Shown here one piece after another: positions 52,545-64,000 of a DNA stretch of 64,000 bases. How positions within the stretch are numbered: position 1 is the first letter of the stretch; each line of letters opens with the position of its first letter. This DNA comes from Bigelowiella natans CCMP2755. Lineage: Eukaryota; Protista; Cercozoa. The notes under the pieces were generated by a model. It saw only the letters and a program-made list of their open reading frames with translations. It was not told the DNA's origin and ran no database searches. The stretch is taken from NCBI GenBank assembly GCA_000320545.1, contig ADNK01001699.1:79135-143134 (forward strand). The letters run 5' to 3'. The position numbers and the translations under genes are program-made.

Positions 52545-53307
52545 CGATGGAAGAATTGAGAGCAATTTATTTATCACACTAGAACTTGCTGTTTCCCCCT
52601 CCCCTCTGTCTTTCTTCCTCTCTACTTTAGTACTCAACGACGCAATTTTCACTATTGATATTCCAACAATATTAGAAAAATAATTGCCCGTATATAGCTA
52701 CGACTACTACTACTTCTTGATATCTTACTGCTACTTACTTTTTATGATGCAATCCTTTCTCATCATCATCCATTGTTTCCATGCTACTAATATTATTATT
52801 ATCGTCCTTGTTGCCGTAGCTAAGCAGCCTCCCTTGGTTTTGTGATGCACGAATTACATCATTATTGCCACTAGTAGTAGTGCGCGCAACTGCCATATCG
52901 AGGACATTTGAAGCACAGAAACAACGAGTCGTCAGCTGCCTCTTCTTCTTCTTCTTCTTCGCGGAATATGGGGTCCTTAGTTTCTGACTGCCCTTTCCCT
53001 GCTGCTCTGCCTCCTCTTCTTGTGCTTCCATCATTTCCTAGACCACAAAGAAGAAGGCAGCAGCAAAAGATCATCATCATCATAATCATCATCATCATCA
53101 CCATCTCAATCCTGTGTAGGGAGGTTTCGATTGACGACGTACGAAATGGCAAACTGCAGCAGCCCATACGTATGTTTGTGTAATAAATATACGATGATAC
53201 ATACCTCTTCTTCTTGATGTTCTTTACACCACATATAACCACCAGGGCAATCTTGTGGAGAAGTCTCGGTACAAAAGCACCTGTTGGGAAGATGTCCGTA
53301 TGATTGC

Positions 53308-53348
<41 letters not shown>

Positions 53349-53353
53349 ACAAA

Positions 53354-53401
<48 letters not shown>

Positions 53402-54140
53402 CAGCCACAACAATGAGAACAAATTTTGACATTTTCGCAAATATTGATATGAATAACAGCGGCATATTAGTTTCTTCTTTAATCTTCATGTTAATTTATT
53501 GTTACTTTCCTCTTAATCTTCATTCATATTTTGATTTATCATTACGTCATGATGGAAAAATTATAACCGACGTTTGTGTTTGGCTGTTACACCACGTCTT
53601 GCTTGAGCATTCCAAGAAATCCAGCTTGGACTTTGCCTCTTGAATCATCGACGCAATTTGAGTGCTACTTTCCGCTGCTGCTTCTTCTTTTAATTGCCTT
53701 TTTGACTTTGAAAAGGCCTTATCATCCGTTATTTTATCAATGCTCGCTTGCTGTCGTTGTTCTTGTTGTAACTCCTCGCCTTCTTTTGAACAACAGGAAG
53801 GAAAAGATAAGCACTGACGATGATGATGATATGATGATGGTGACTAGTAGATGATGATGATCATAATAATGATGGTTTAAGTGAGATCTACCTTTGTGAT
53901 GACTGAAGATACGGAGTGTGTCATTATTTCTATCTCTCTCCAGTATCTTCGAGACGTTTTGTATGATGAGATGGACCAATCTTTGCTGTTCCTGAAGAAG
54001 CTCCTTCTTCTCTTTTTCAACCTCCTTCTTTTGATCGATTATGGCTCTGGAAATGATAGACTTGAACGTCTCTTTCTGGGACTTCTGAATCTATCGTGTT
54101 AGAGTTATTGTGTATTGTTATTGTGAGCTTGTGTAATATA

Positions 54141-54181
<41 letters not shown>

Positions 54182-54630
54182 CATCAAAGTAGGCATCCTT
54201 GACAGTTTCTGGATAAATTTGTTGTGCTTGGCCGCTAATTCTACTACTAGTATTATTTTGTGGTATAATCAGTTGTCTTTACGGCAACACGTATAAGTGA
54301 AGGAAAAACCTCTTTGCTGGTTTTAAAGGCAACTGCAGACGCTATTGCATTTAAAGCTGCTGCCGCTGCTGTAGGCGTATCTTCCTTCAACTTTTGAATT
54401 GTGCCCATTCCACCGGTATGATGAAACCCTACCGAATGATTCTTCTTCTGCTGCTGCTGCTCATTTGGAGAAACCGACAATGAATTATTACGAGAATTTG
54501 GTTTTTTAGGTAAAGGCGAGTTATTAGTGGGGATGTATTCCCTATCCAATGTTGTAATTTCGATTTGCGATGGTTGAATTCCCCCCCCCCCTGTTTCGTC
54601 ATCGGGAGAAAGTAGTAGCTCATGGTCCAT
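48540..54630 (-). CDS. Probable multi-exon hypothetical gene or pseudogene with microsatellite-filled introns
   Basis: Exon-like minus-strand segments with splice-like ends: MDHELLLSPDD (54630), IQKSQKETFKSIISRAIIDQKKEVEKEKKELLQEQQ (~53890-54090), CFCTETSPQDCPGGYMWCKEHQEE (~53205-53280), CSGNFWCNPNMKECACLEEQLRKEF (~50415-50510). I could not build a complete model. Confidence 0.35.
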
Positions 54631-57600
54631 CCCTCCTAATACAGGTGTGGAAAAATCGTTGTCTTAGACATGGACATCCCCACCTTATCAAAACTATGAT
54701 TCTATTAAACACTTAATCTTCAAAAACACCTACTACTACTATCTGCTGAGATCAGCTGAACAATACCGTGATGATGCATGACTTCTTTGAATCTGATCTC
54801 CTTGTTTCCATTGACGTTATCATCGGCCATATCGATCACGGTAGCAGGGAACTATAAAATTGAACAAGGGAACCATCACTTCTTTACAGCTGTTGTTCCA
54901 TGTATCGCCGCCACTTCGCTACAATTGTTGCTCATGTGTTATCGTCGTTTCACAATATTTTTTGTTTACCAGCCTTCGATTTTTTTGACGAATGACCATC
55001 TTGTGCGGGGGTTGCTTCATCAAAAATGTGTCCTCTGTCTCTAACTCGATGCCATAGGTCGAAGATAACATGGCGATCAAGATAAAGATGGCCTTGCAAG
55101 CTCCATTCTTGCAGATTCCGAAATGGGGCATCATCAACTCAATCTTAATGATTACAAATTTCTATTATTCTATTGATAATCCAATATTTCGTTCTTGCGG
55201 TTATAATTTACTTTCTCGATCTACTATCCAGACTTGGGCATAATGAATGCAGCTATGAACTTGAGTGGAGCAGGGGAGAGGTCATCATCCACATGCTCAA
55301 TTTTGTATTCTCGTCGCCGTATTTTTCAAAATTTCAAATCGTAAGCAGATTGTTGGTGCCTCACGAAAATCCGTCAATATCGCGCAACACCGTTGAAGCA
55401 TCGAAAAAGTGCGAAAATGCCTACGATAGCATCATCCGACAATACAAATAACTTAAATATATCTATCATTTCGATCTTCCGGTTGGGTTGGTTGCCCCGT
55501 GTGCAGTGCTCTCTTTTTACAGTTCATAGAACTCTTCTCAAGAAGAAGAAGAGGGCTGCGGAAGCTCCCTATGCCTGCAAATGAAAGAAAATTCTTCGGC
55601 TTTAATACGAGTGTTTGACAATGACGGCGACACATAATTAATCTTACAAAACATAGCAGTGAATGAGCGCAAGGGTGCTTGCAGTAGCAAGTGTTGTTGT
55701 TTCTTCTAACCCTAGTATTATTTGCAGCATCGACGATCGCCAGCTCACGCCTTAGGCAAAAACAAAAACAAATCACACTCGTAGGAGGATGGCAGCAACT
55801 CGGGGCACTACTACTACATGCCCAGCTGCGGATTCCTACTGGCTCGAAGCAACATTGTTTCTCCACGTTTCATAGCTCCATCATGTCTTACAAACAACTA
55901 CGTGGTGGAGGAGGAGGAGGAGGAGGATTCGAGACACCATTAAGCACGAGCGTTCTCCAACTGAAGGCGGCGAATGCAAGTGTAGGATCTTGTTCAGAAC
56001 GAAACTCCTCTGCTGCTGTTAATGTCGAGATAATTCGAATCAAGGTGGTGGTGGTGGTGCTGTTAATGTCGAGATAATTCGAATCAAGGTGGTGGTGGTG
56101 ATGATGATGATGATGATTCTCTTTAAAATGTTTTACTGCTTCATTATTTCATTATTCTTGAATGAAACTTCCATCATTTTTTCAATCAGCGAAGGAGAAC
56201 TGACATACTTCCGGGAGTGATCCTACTCGATGTATCACATAGTATTCACCTGCCCCCAGAAAAAAGAGGCAGAAAATCAAGTCCAGCAGACTACATAATT
56301 GATCGTTTTGAGAGCTCTTTGAATGTAAATAAGCAGTTGTGTCTATCGATCCCGTGTTGTGAGATAGAGTAGCATCTTTCAGTAGAGAAAAGAGGAAGCA
56401 TGTATTACTACGAAGTTCAACTACTTCTTCAAATAAGCTTCAGCTACGGCAAATTTCAGCTGTCTTAACGCTTTACAGATAGTCTCGCAAGCATATTTAT
56501 TTACTTGTTCTCCTTCCTTACATGTAGATCACCAGAAATTTAGGAGAGGGTGGACATTTGCAGAAGTATAAGCGATTAGCAAGCTTCACGATATCTCAAG
56601 AAATGGCGAAAAAAACGAAAACAATGAAGGATGATAATGATCAGAGGAAAGCAGAGGATAAGAAGAAACAGGAGAGAGAAGGAGGAGGAGTTCCAAATAA
56701 ACGACATGAATCCAAGTAACAGTACATGAAGTTGAACATAATGTTATTATTTTACTTTAGTCGTTTTTACACACAAAAGCATTTGATTCAATAAAAGAAG
56801 CTGCTGCTGCTGCTGCGGCTGCTGCTGCTACCACTATTCTGCCACTACTACAACGTGACTGCTCTCACATATTAATCGGTCTACTCTTCGTCTTCGTTGT
56901 TATTATAGTTTATGTTCGTTGTAGTTCTCGATTTTTTTGTGATAAATATCATAAACTTCTTCACCATCATCGATATCATCATAAATACTATTTTTACTGC
57001 CTCAAACTATTAAAACAAATAAGTCCAGGTCAAAACTCTATTTCCTTTTTGGTATCTTCTCACCTGTTTATTATTTTCATCATTACCTGCTATCTATCAC
57101 CACAGACGCTTAAGATTAGCTTTGACAAGGAGTGATGTAAGAAGGAAACTACCATCATAAATTATCTATAAATAAGATGAATTTGATAATAATGATAGTG
57201 ATGATGCCGATGATCCTAATGCTGATTAGCTGCTCTATTGCTGCATAAAACAAACCACCACAAGGATAAAAATGCGGATTATGAAACTCTGAGAGCTGCA
57301 GAAGAAGCAGGTCGCGTATTATGTTGTTGATATTAATTAGTAGTTCCTTTGCTGCTCTTGTTAGTCAATATTGAAGATTGGATATGTGGGGAACAATTAT
57401 CAAATAGTGTCTCCTTCCTTCTTTTTGTAATAGGGGATTCAGACGATGTGATCATCGATCTATATGAGAAGACGACAAGGAAACGACAGCGATTTATACG
57501 GCCTGGCAACAGAAGTAGTTCCGAAAGCGAGCAAAGTTATGATGATCTTGATGGTGGGACATTAGATCGCCGCGGGTACTACGTGCTACTAGGCCCTTGC

Positions 57601-60202
57601 AGCACCTATTATTTCGTCAAGCGTGGCAATTGTTTGACCTAAATATATTCACCACAAGAAGAAAACTGCAACAATTCTCTATTTTTTTCACTGCTCTTTC
57701 CATGTCTTCATCGCCACAACAACAATAAAAACAACTCGTATTAGTGAAAGTAGTAAAAGTAGTAGTAGTAGTAATAGTAGTAGTAGTAAATCCTTTCGAC
57801 TCTTTAATTAGGGTTCCCCCGATACTTACCGTATACGATCAGCAGTACTTGTTTGGACATACAACAGTAAGAAGAAGAAGAAGATGTTAGAGGAGGAGGA
57901 GGAGGAGGATTCTAGACCAAAAAAAAACAGGAACAACTAAAACAGTCGAGATTGTAGAACGAAGATATAATTTCGAACAATTGGAATCTTTTCATTCTTC
58001 TCCTTACTCTTATCTTAATTCGTATACTGATAGGAAGAATGTGATGAAGAGGATGAAGAAGATAAAGATGACTCAAATGCTGAAGGGTTATTCTTTGTCG
58101 TACTGCGCACATATTTATTTATTTATTTCATCTTCCTGGATGCACACTCAACGAACAATATCTTCTCCTTATAGTTTTATTTCCTCAACTAGATACTACA
58201 AGAATGAATATCCAACCACTCCAGCATCTACTTCATCTTCGTTTCATGATGGAATGAGGTAATCAAATGACGACGATAATACCACTTATAATGATGATTG
58301 GGGTGTAGTATTACGTGTTATATCTTTATCAGTATTTCTTCATCATCATCAGCAGTGGCAGCAGCAGCATCAACAGCGTGCATATTGAGATATTATCGTG
58401 CATGTTATGATTAGTGAAGATATTGAACGATATGAAGCTGATTACATCGAAGATGGCTATGGAATGTATGGAGACGAAGGAGTAGCACGAAGACGATCGA
58501 TGTATTGTTTATCATGAGGACACCTAACACTTGTACATCATGCTACCCCCTTTCTCATACTTCTGGAAGAAATTGTTATTCATTATTATTTCAATTCCAT
58601 TGTAAAGATATACCTTTGGTTCAACTTCGGAGCCATCGTGTAATGAAGAGGGCGCCTTGGTTTTGAAAAGGAATGAACACTGTGATGATCACGAGAAAGA
58701 CGACTCCTTGGAAGACGATTCAGGCGGACTCAAAGTCAAAATACTTCTAACACCCCAGCACAGATGACAAACAATTGTCGACAGCATGATGATGATGTTT
58801 TTCCATTGACTAGGCTGCGCATGTTCAAAAAGGAAGGCGTGAATGGCAGAGAAGAAATGATGGAAGATCGCTTCAGTTTGGCCCACACTCAGATTTCAGC
58901 GACATTGAAGACATGGAAATGCAAATGAGACCACGAAAAAGCAACCAGAAAAAAATGGGGAAAATGGAATCGTCTGATCATCTAGATGACAAGTGTGGCC
59001 ACAACTTTCTTGCAGATGAAAACGGTTGCGGATTCGATTCAAGTGCTGACCCAGCGGTTGATGAAGGTTGTTCCTAACATCGCAACGGTTTTTACACGTG
59101 TTCAAAAAATTGCTTCATTTGCAGACATTTTCGGGGACAGATTCTGAAAACCTGGAACAGTGCTTCAACCATGGTTGCCGCCGCATGGAGTGTGTCACGG
59201 CAATGTTTGTGTCGCACATCACAGCATGAGGGTTGATCAGATGCTGCCCGCGATGCAAAACTGATGCCGCACTGTTCGATCTGTTGTCAATGACCATCTG
59301 CATCTGGTTTGAGTTTGCTTCATTTGCATGACTCATGCACGCACACAGCAACATTGCGCGCAAAATGTCATCGAATTTGTGCATCAAATTTGCATCAATG
59401 GTGACACAAGCGTGAGACTTTGCGCATCAAAGTTTGACAAAAAACGATGCACCTGAGGGTCAGGGTTCTGTTCTGGACCACGGTCGAAATGACGGTCGCA
59501 ACGAGGGTCGTCTGTGGGGACCATGGTCCCTGCACGTGTGGACCGTCCACGACACGTGCATCACCCACTTCACATGTGCCCACAACCACGTGTTTGCCAC
59601 ACATTGGCGCTCACACATGCACATGCGCATCCATGTGTGCTTTGGTGATTTTTGGCACACGTGTCGCGTGGCTTGTTTGGTGCGTGTGTGGACACGAACA
59701 GAGCACACGTGCTTTCCAAGTGCACGTGGAAAGGTGTGTTTCTTGTGCGTGCACGCACGGGGACTGCGGTCCCTCTCAATTGTGTCAATCCCGGTGACGA
59801 GTGGGTTTTGAACAAACTGTGCTTTGCGCGTGCGGCCTGGCGCGCTCAATCGTTGCAATTGGACATTGGAAGCACACTGGAGCCTGTTTGAGGTTCAAAT
59901 TTGATTTTTTTTCGAATTTCAGCTTGAAAACCTCACTTTTCAACGCCTGCCAGCGGGCGAAAATTGAAAAATTCTTGCCACTTTTGAACACGCCAGCGCA
60001 TTTGCATTTGCGTGCCACAGGTTTTGCAAGCTCATGAGGGTGTGCACACACTGGCTTCATGGACGTGCGAAGTTTCAGCACACGCACGCAAAAAGCACAT
60101 GCCTGGGCGCACACAAACGCGCAAACGTGCACTCAATGACTCTCAATTGAACGTTCATGCCATTCGTTGCACACTTGATGCAGTTGTGCTGCACATCTGT
60201 GA

Positions 60203-60286
60203 TTGGGGTTGGGGTCAGGGTCAGGGTTAGGGTCAGGGTCAGGGTCAGGGTCAGGGTTGGGGTCAGGGTCAGGGTTGTGGTCAGGG
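60203..60286 (+). repeat. Degenerate interstitial telomeric array, followed by telomere-like 6/12-bp-phased DNA to ~60780
   Basis: 14 hexamers: 9 TCAGGG, 3 TTGGGG, 1 TTAGGG, 1 TTGTGG. Confidence 0.9.
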
Positions 60287-60782
60287 TTTTCTCCTGGGCC
60301 ACGACCAAAGCGACGACCAAAGTGACGGTCGAAACGAGGGTTTTCTCCTGGGCCACGACCAAAGTGACGACCAAAGTGACGGTCGAAGTGAGGGCCAAAG
60401 TGAGGGAAACTGGTCACAAAAATCGACCAGGGTTTTTTTCAGGGCAAAAGTGAGGACCAAAGTCACGGAGAGTGGTGAGGGTTTCGTGTCAGGGCTGGGA
60501 TGAGGGTCAGAGTCACGGTTTTTGGTGAGGAGTTTGGACCAGCGTTGGGGTGAGGGTCGGGGTGAGCATCGGGATCAGCACTGAAACCAGGAGTGAAACG
60601 AGGAGAACAAGTCAGGAGCAGTTTCAGGAACAAAACCACGGCCAAAGTGAGGGGTGCGACAAGGGTCAGGATCAGGATTGAAATCACGCCCAAATTGAGG
60701 GCTGCGACAAGGATTGAAACCAGGGCCAGGACGAGGGTTGGGGTGAGCAAAGTTTTCAGGAAAGTTTTCAGGGATTTGTCAA

Positions 60783-61106
60783 GGAAAGAACTCAGGAGAA
60801 CTTTCAGGGTTTTGTTCAGGAAAGAACTCAGGAGAACTTTCAGGGTTTTGTTCAGGAAAGAACTCAGGAGAACTTTCAGGGTTTTGTTCAGGAAAGAACT
60901 CAGGAGAACTTTCAGGGTTTTGTTCAGGAAAGAACTCAGGAGAACTTTCAGGGTTTTGTTCAGGAAAGAACTCAGGAGAACTTTCAGGGTTTTGTTCAGG
61001 AAAGAACTCAGGAGAACTTTCAGGGTTTTGTTCAGGAAAGAACTCAGGAGAACTTTCAGGGTTTTGTTCAGGAAAGAACTCAGGAGAACTTTCAGGGTTT
61101 TGTTCA
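60783..61106 (+). repeat. Subtelomeric minisatellite, 9 perfect copies of 36 bp
   Basis: Unit GGAAAGAACTCAGGAGAACTTTCAGGGTTTTGTTCA; 324 bp = 9 x 36. Confidence 0.95.
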
Positions 61107-61721
61107 GGAAAGAATCCAGGAGAACCGCATCACGGAGGAGAATGGGCCCACAGGAGTCAGAGTTCAAGTTGACATCACAAATCGTGCACCGTGAAACGTT
61201 CATGAACCAGACTCTGATGGGCCCATGGGACCCACACTCTCTCGTTTTCCACTTCCAACCAAGTGAAGAAATCATTCCCATCGTCTTGATCGTGCTGATC
61301 ATTCATGCCATGTTGATGATCCCTTCATTTGAATCGGCAACATTTTGTTTCGAGTCGCCATCATCATCATCATCATCCTCATTGCCATCATCACCTGCCA
61401 TTTCAGACATTGCGTTCACTCGTTTGCTTCACGTGCAGAGTGTGCAGTGTCAGACAGCAAGAGTGGTGAAATCACAAAGAAGGGCATGGCCTTTGCTCAC
61501 ATGGAAAAGAATTGGGGCAACGTCCGCTTGAACACCCACCACGCAAATGATGTGTGAGATGGATGATGATGATCACTCAAAATCATGAAACAGATCATGA
61601 TGACACTGTCAACCATGTGGGTTGGTTGAGCATGGAGAGAAACACTCTGCACAATCGCATTTGACACTGCTGCTTCGTGTTTTTCCTTTTCTTCCTCCCC
61701 TAGATCCTTTGTTGGAGACGT

Positions 61722-61756
<35 letters not shown>

Positions 61757-63838
61757 GCCCTGCTGCTTGAAGGTTTTCCCAATTGCTTGGATGTGGTCAC
61801 AAGCGATTGGCATGATTGACGGCAGCACAGCTGAATGATTGCGAAGATGCTTGAGAAATGTGATTCTTGTGTCAGTGCCACTTGTTCGCAAGTGATGTCA
61901 TCTTGTCTGCTCCTTGTCGCAAACTCAGGATCACTCATTTGAGCTGGTAGCCACTTCCTGCATGGCATCTCATTTGGTGCCCAAAGTGAGTGTGACAGCG
62001 CTGAGAGCTCCAAGTGTGCACTGGGACTTCAGGCTCTCAAATGAGCATTCTTTCAAGTGCAATCGACACAGTCTGACCAAAGATGTGGGCAAAACGATGA
62101 CTAGGTGTCACATGCACATGTGGCAACTGACTGCTTTTTCTCCCAACAACAAAGCACATTCCAACGATCATCCTGACTGAAAATCAGCTCAATGAGTCGT
62201 TTCTGCAGTTGTCATGATGTCGCCTACACGTTCACTGATTGGTGGCCTTCATGTCCCCCACCCTTGAGTCCCTCTTCCTCCCCCCTTTTCCACCCACAGG
62301 CACGTGGGACTTTGCTGTTGAGTCCAAAAAAGACGGACGCTTGCTTGCTCTCAACTTCAGTTCTCCCTCGTCGAGTTTCTCTGAGAGATTGCTCACACCT
62401 GCACACAATGGGTTCAGCAATGACACAGGCATTGGAGGTCCATTTGTTTGCAAGGAGATCGATGATTGCACGCTCGAAAAGATGTTCTCATCAAAGCAGC
62501 AGCAGTGGTAGCAGCAGTTGTCGCAGATTCAAAACAACAATTCCACAAATTGTGACAATGGCAATGACAATGACGATGAGATGCCTTGTGCCATCCTGAG
62601 AAGTGAGCTTTTTCTTGTGAATGCTTCTTTTCTTTTCACGCCTTGGCGAAAGAGTCTCACATGGCTCACGTCGATGCATTGGCCGTGGACACGAGCAGAG
62701 ACAACAATGAGCAGCTTCTCAAGGCTGGAATCTGTCAGGTCATCATGAATGCCGAGCACGATTTGGTGTCAAAATCACGGCGGTGACGTGGGCGTTTCTC
62801 ATCATTTGCATGCAAACTTTTTGTTGGTGATGATTTTGGTCTCAGTCTTCAACTGCTTGGGCTGCTCTCGAGTTTGGAGGTGAATGTGCAACTTGGTCAT
62901 GATGGAAAAACAGAGCAGACATGTGAATTGACACGATCAATTGATGCGTTGAAATTTGAGAGCACAACATTGCATCTCGTTGCCTCTCTGATGCCCACTG
63001 GGGTCAAGACTTCAAAGCACTGACTTTTCAAACTTTCTGGCGTGTTCTCCGAGATGTCAAACCATCATGAATCAAGATGAAGGTTCAGATGCACCATGAT
63101 GAGATGTGTGCCATCATGTGTGTCCATTGTGAACGCAACAGTTTTCACCTAGCAATTGAAGCTTCTGCACTGTGAACAACGTGCATGAATTTGAAGTGCA
63201 ATGTCAATGTCTCCATGCTTTGCTCACATTTCGACCTTGCTAGCTTGGGCGCATTGCTAGCTAGCTAGATGAATTGTTGGAAGAAGCACATGGCGAGACT
63301 AGGAGGTGGCCAGATGGCGAGAGCATGTCATCAATCCAAACGACACACACACCTAGATGTGTCGACGTTCATTGGGTTTGCCCATCACATTCAAGAATCG
63401 GCGGCTGCATTCATTTCAAAAATGAATTGACACAGCTGTGGCGCTGCCAAGTCCAGAAGTTGTTGCCCACATCTGATTTGGCCATGCTTGCATGCATGCA
63501 CTTGCACGCAGACAGATGCAAAGTGATGAATGCAGCCACATCGTGATGGCCATCACGGCCGCACTCATTTCGATGGTTGGCAATTTGACCCAGGAATGAC
63601 AATGCAGAATGTTGATGAGGTGGAAAGTCGCATGTCGGCTCTGTCAACATTTGCAGCTAAGATTCAAAAGTCGAACGCATGAACAAACGATTCATTGGAA
63701 TTCGACAATGCAATGCTCCAAATTGGAGTGAAGAAAATTTCCCATTGATTCAAACAAAAGTCTAACGCATCTACAAATGTTGCGCATCCTCCATCGCCTA
63801 AAAAAGGACAGAAGAGAGAAAAATGGTCATTAGGAGGG

Positions 63839-64000
63839 TTAGGGCTAGGGCTAGGGTTAGGGTTAGGGTTAGGGTTAGGGTTAGGGTTAGGGTTAGGGTT
63901 AGGGTTAGGGTTAGGGTTAGGGTTAGGGTTAGGGTTAGGGTTAGGGTTAGGGTTAGGGTTAGGGTTAGGGTTAGGGTTAGGGTTAGGGTTAGGGTTAGGA
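63839..64000 (+). repeat. Telomere (TTAGGG)n, chromosome end
   Basis: TTAGGG, CTAGGG x2, then ~23 perfect TTAGGG to the window end, G-rich strand running towards the end. Confidence 0.98.

Larger units (their letters stand above)
59100..63650. other. Subtelomeric TA-depleted domain
   Basis: About a dozen TA in ~4.5 kb by eye, each preceded by C and/or followed by G; graded edge from ~58650. Confidence 0.92.

Noticed and set aside
51233-53489. ORFs with poly-IY, SL and HT runs (also at 0.2-2.9 kb)
   Set aside because: Translated (TA)n, (GA)n and (CA)n microsatellites.
54780-58690. Possible genes (exon-like fragments on both strands)
   Set aside because: Frames are broken by stops and no family is recognisable; at best subtelomeric pseudogene debris.
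60783-61106. CRISPR-like 36-bp repeat
   Set aside because: No spacers, head-to-tail units, eukaryotic subtelomere, no cas genes.
60463-61531. 279-aa and 312-aa repeat ORFs
   Set aside because: Translations of the 36-bp minisatellite on both strands.

Overview
Right end of a chromosome from an intron-rich, microsatellite-rich eukaryote, probably a flagellated protist (it encodes axonemal dynein light chain DNAL4); the window ends in a (TTAGGG)n telomere. Genes, left to right: partial ACAD8 (-), a TPR protein (+), a giant (>6,000 aa) HERC-like RCC1/SPRY/UBA/HECT E3 ligase (-), DNAL4 (+), an unknown ORF (-), RPN10/PSMD4 (+), then weakly supported subtelomeric coding remnants. Mobile DNA: a 603-bp TA-flanked MITE and a very young Ty1/Copia element (416-bp LTRs differing at 1 nt, GACTT target-site duplication) whose LTRs carry a ~170-bp heat-shock-element array. 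The Copia inserted into an older, degenerate, intronless ORF cassette. The main signal is domains of repeat and subtelomeric DNA (~35.95-40.5 kb, 45.94-48.5 kb, 59.1-63.65 kb; partially 30.4-31.7 kb) from which the dinucleotide TA has been almost erased and replaced by TG/CA. CpG stays abundant, and surviving TAs are almost all in CTAG or other TAG/CTA contexts. Fossil telomere repeats, microsatellites and inverted-repeat arms support the direction TA->TG/CA. This points to a regional A:T->G:C hypermutation process (roughly TAH->TGH), the mirror image of fungal RIP. All counts were made by eye and the mechanism is inference.
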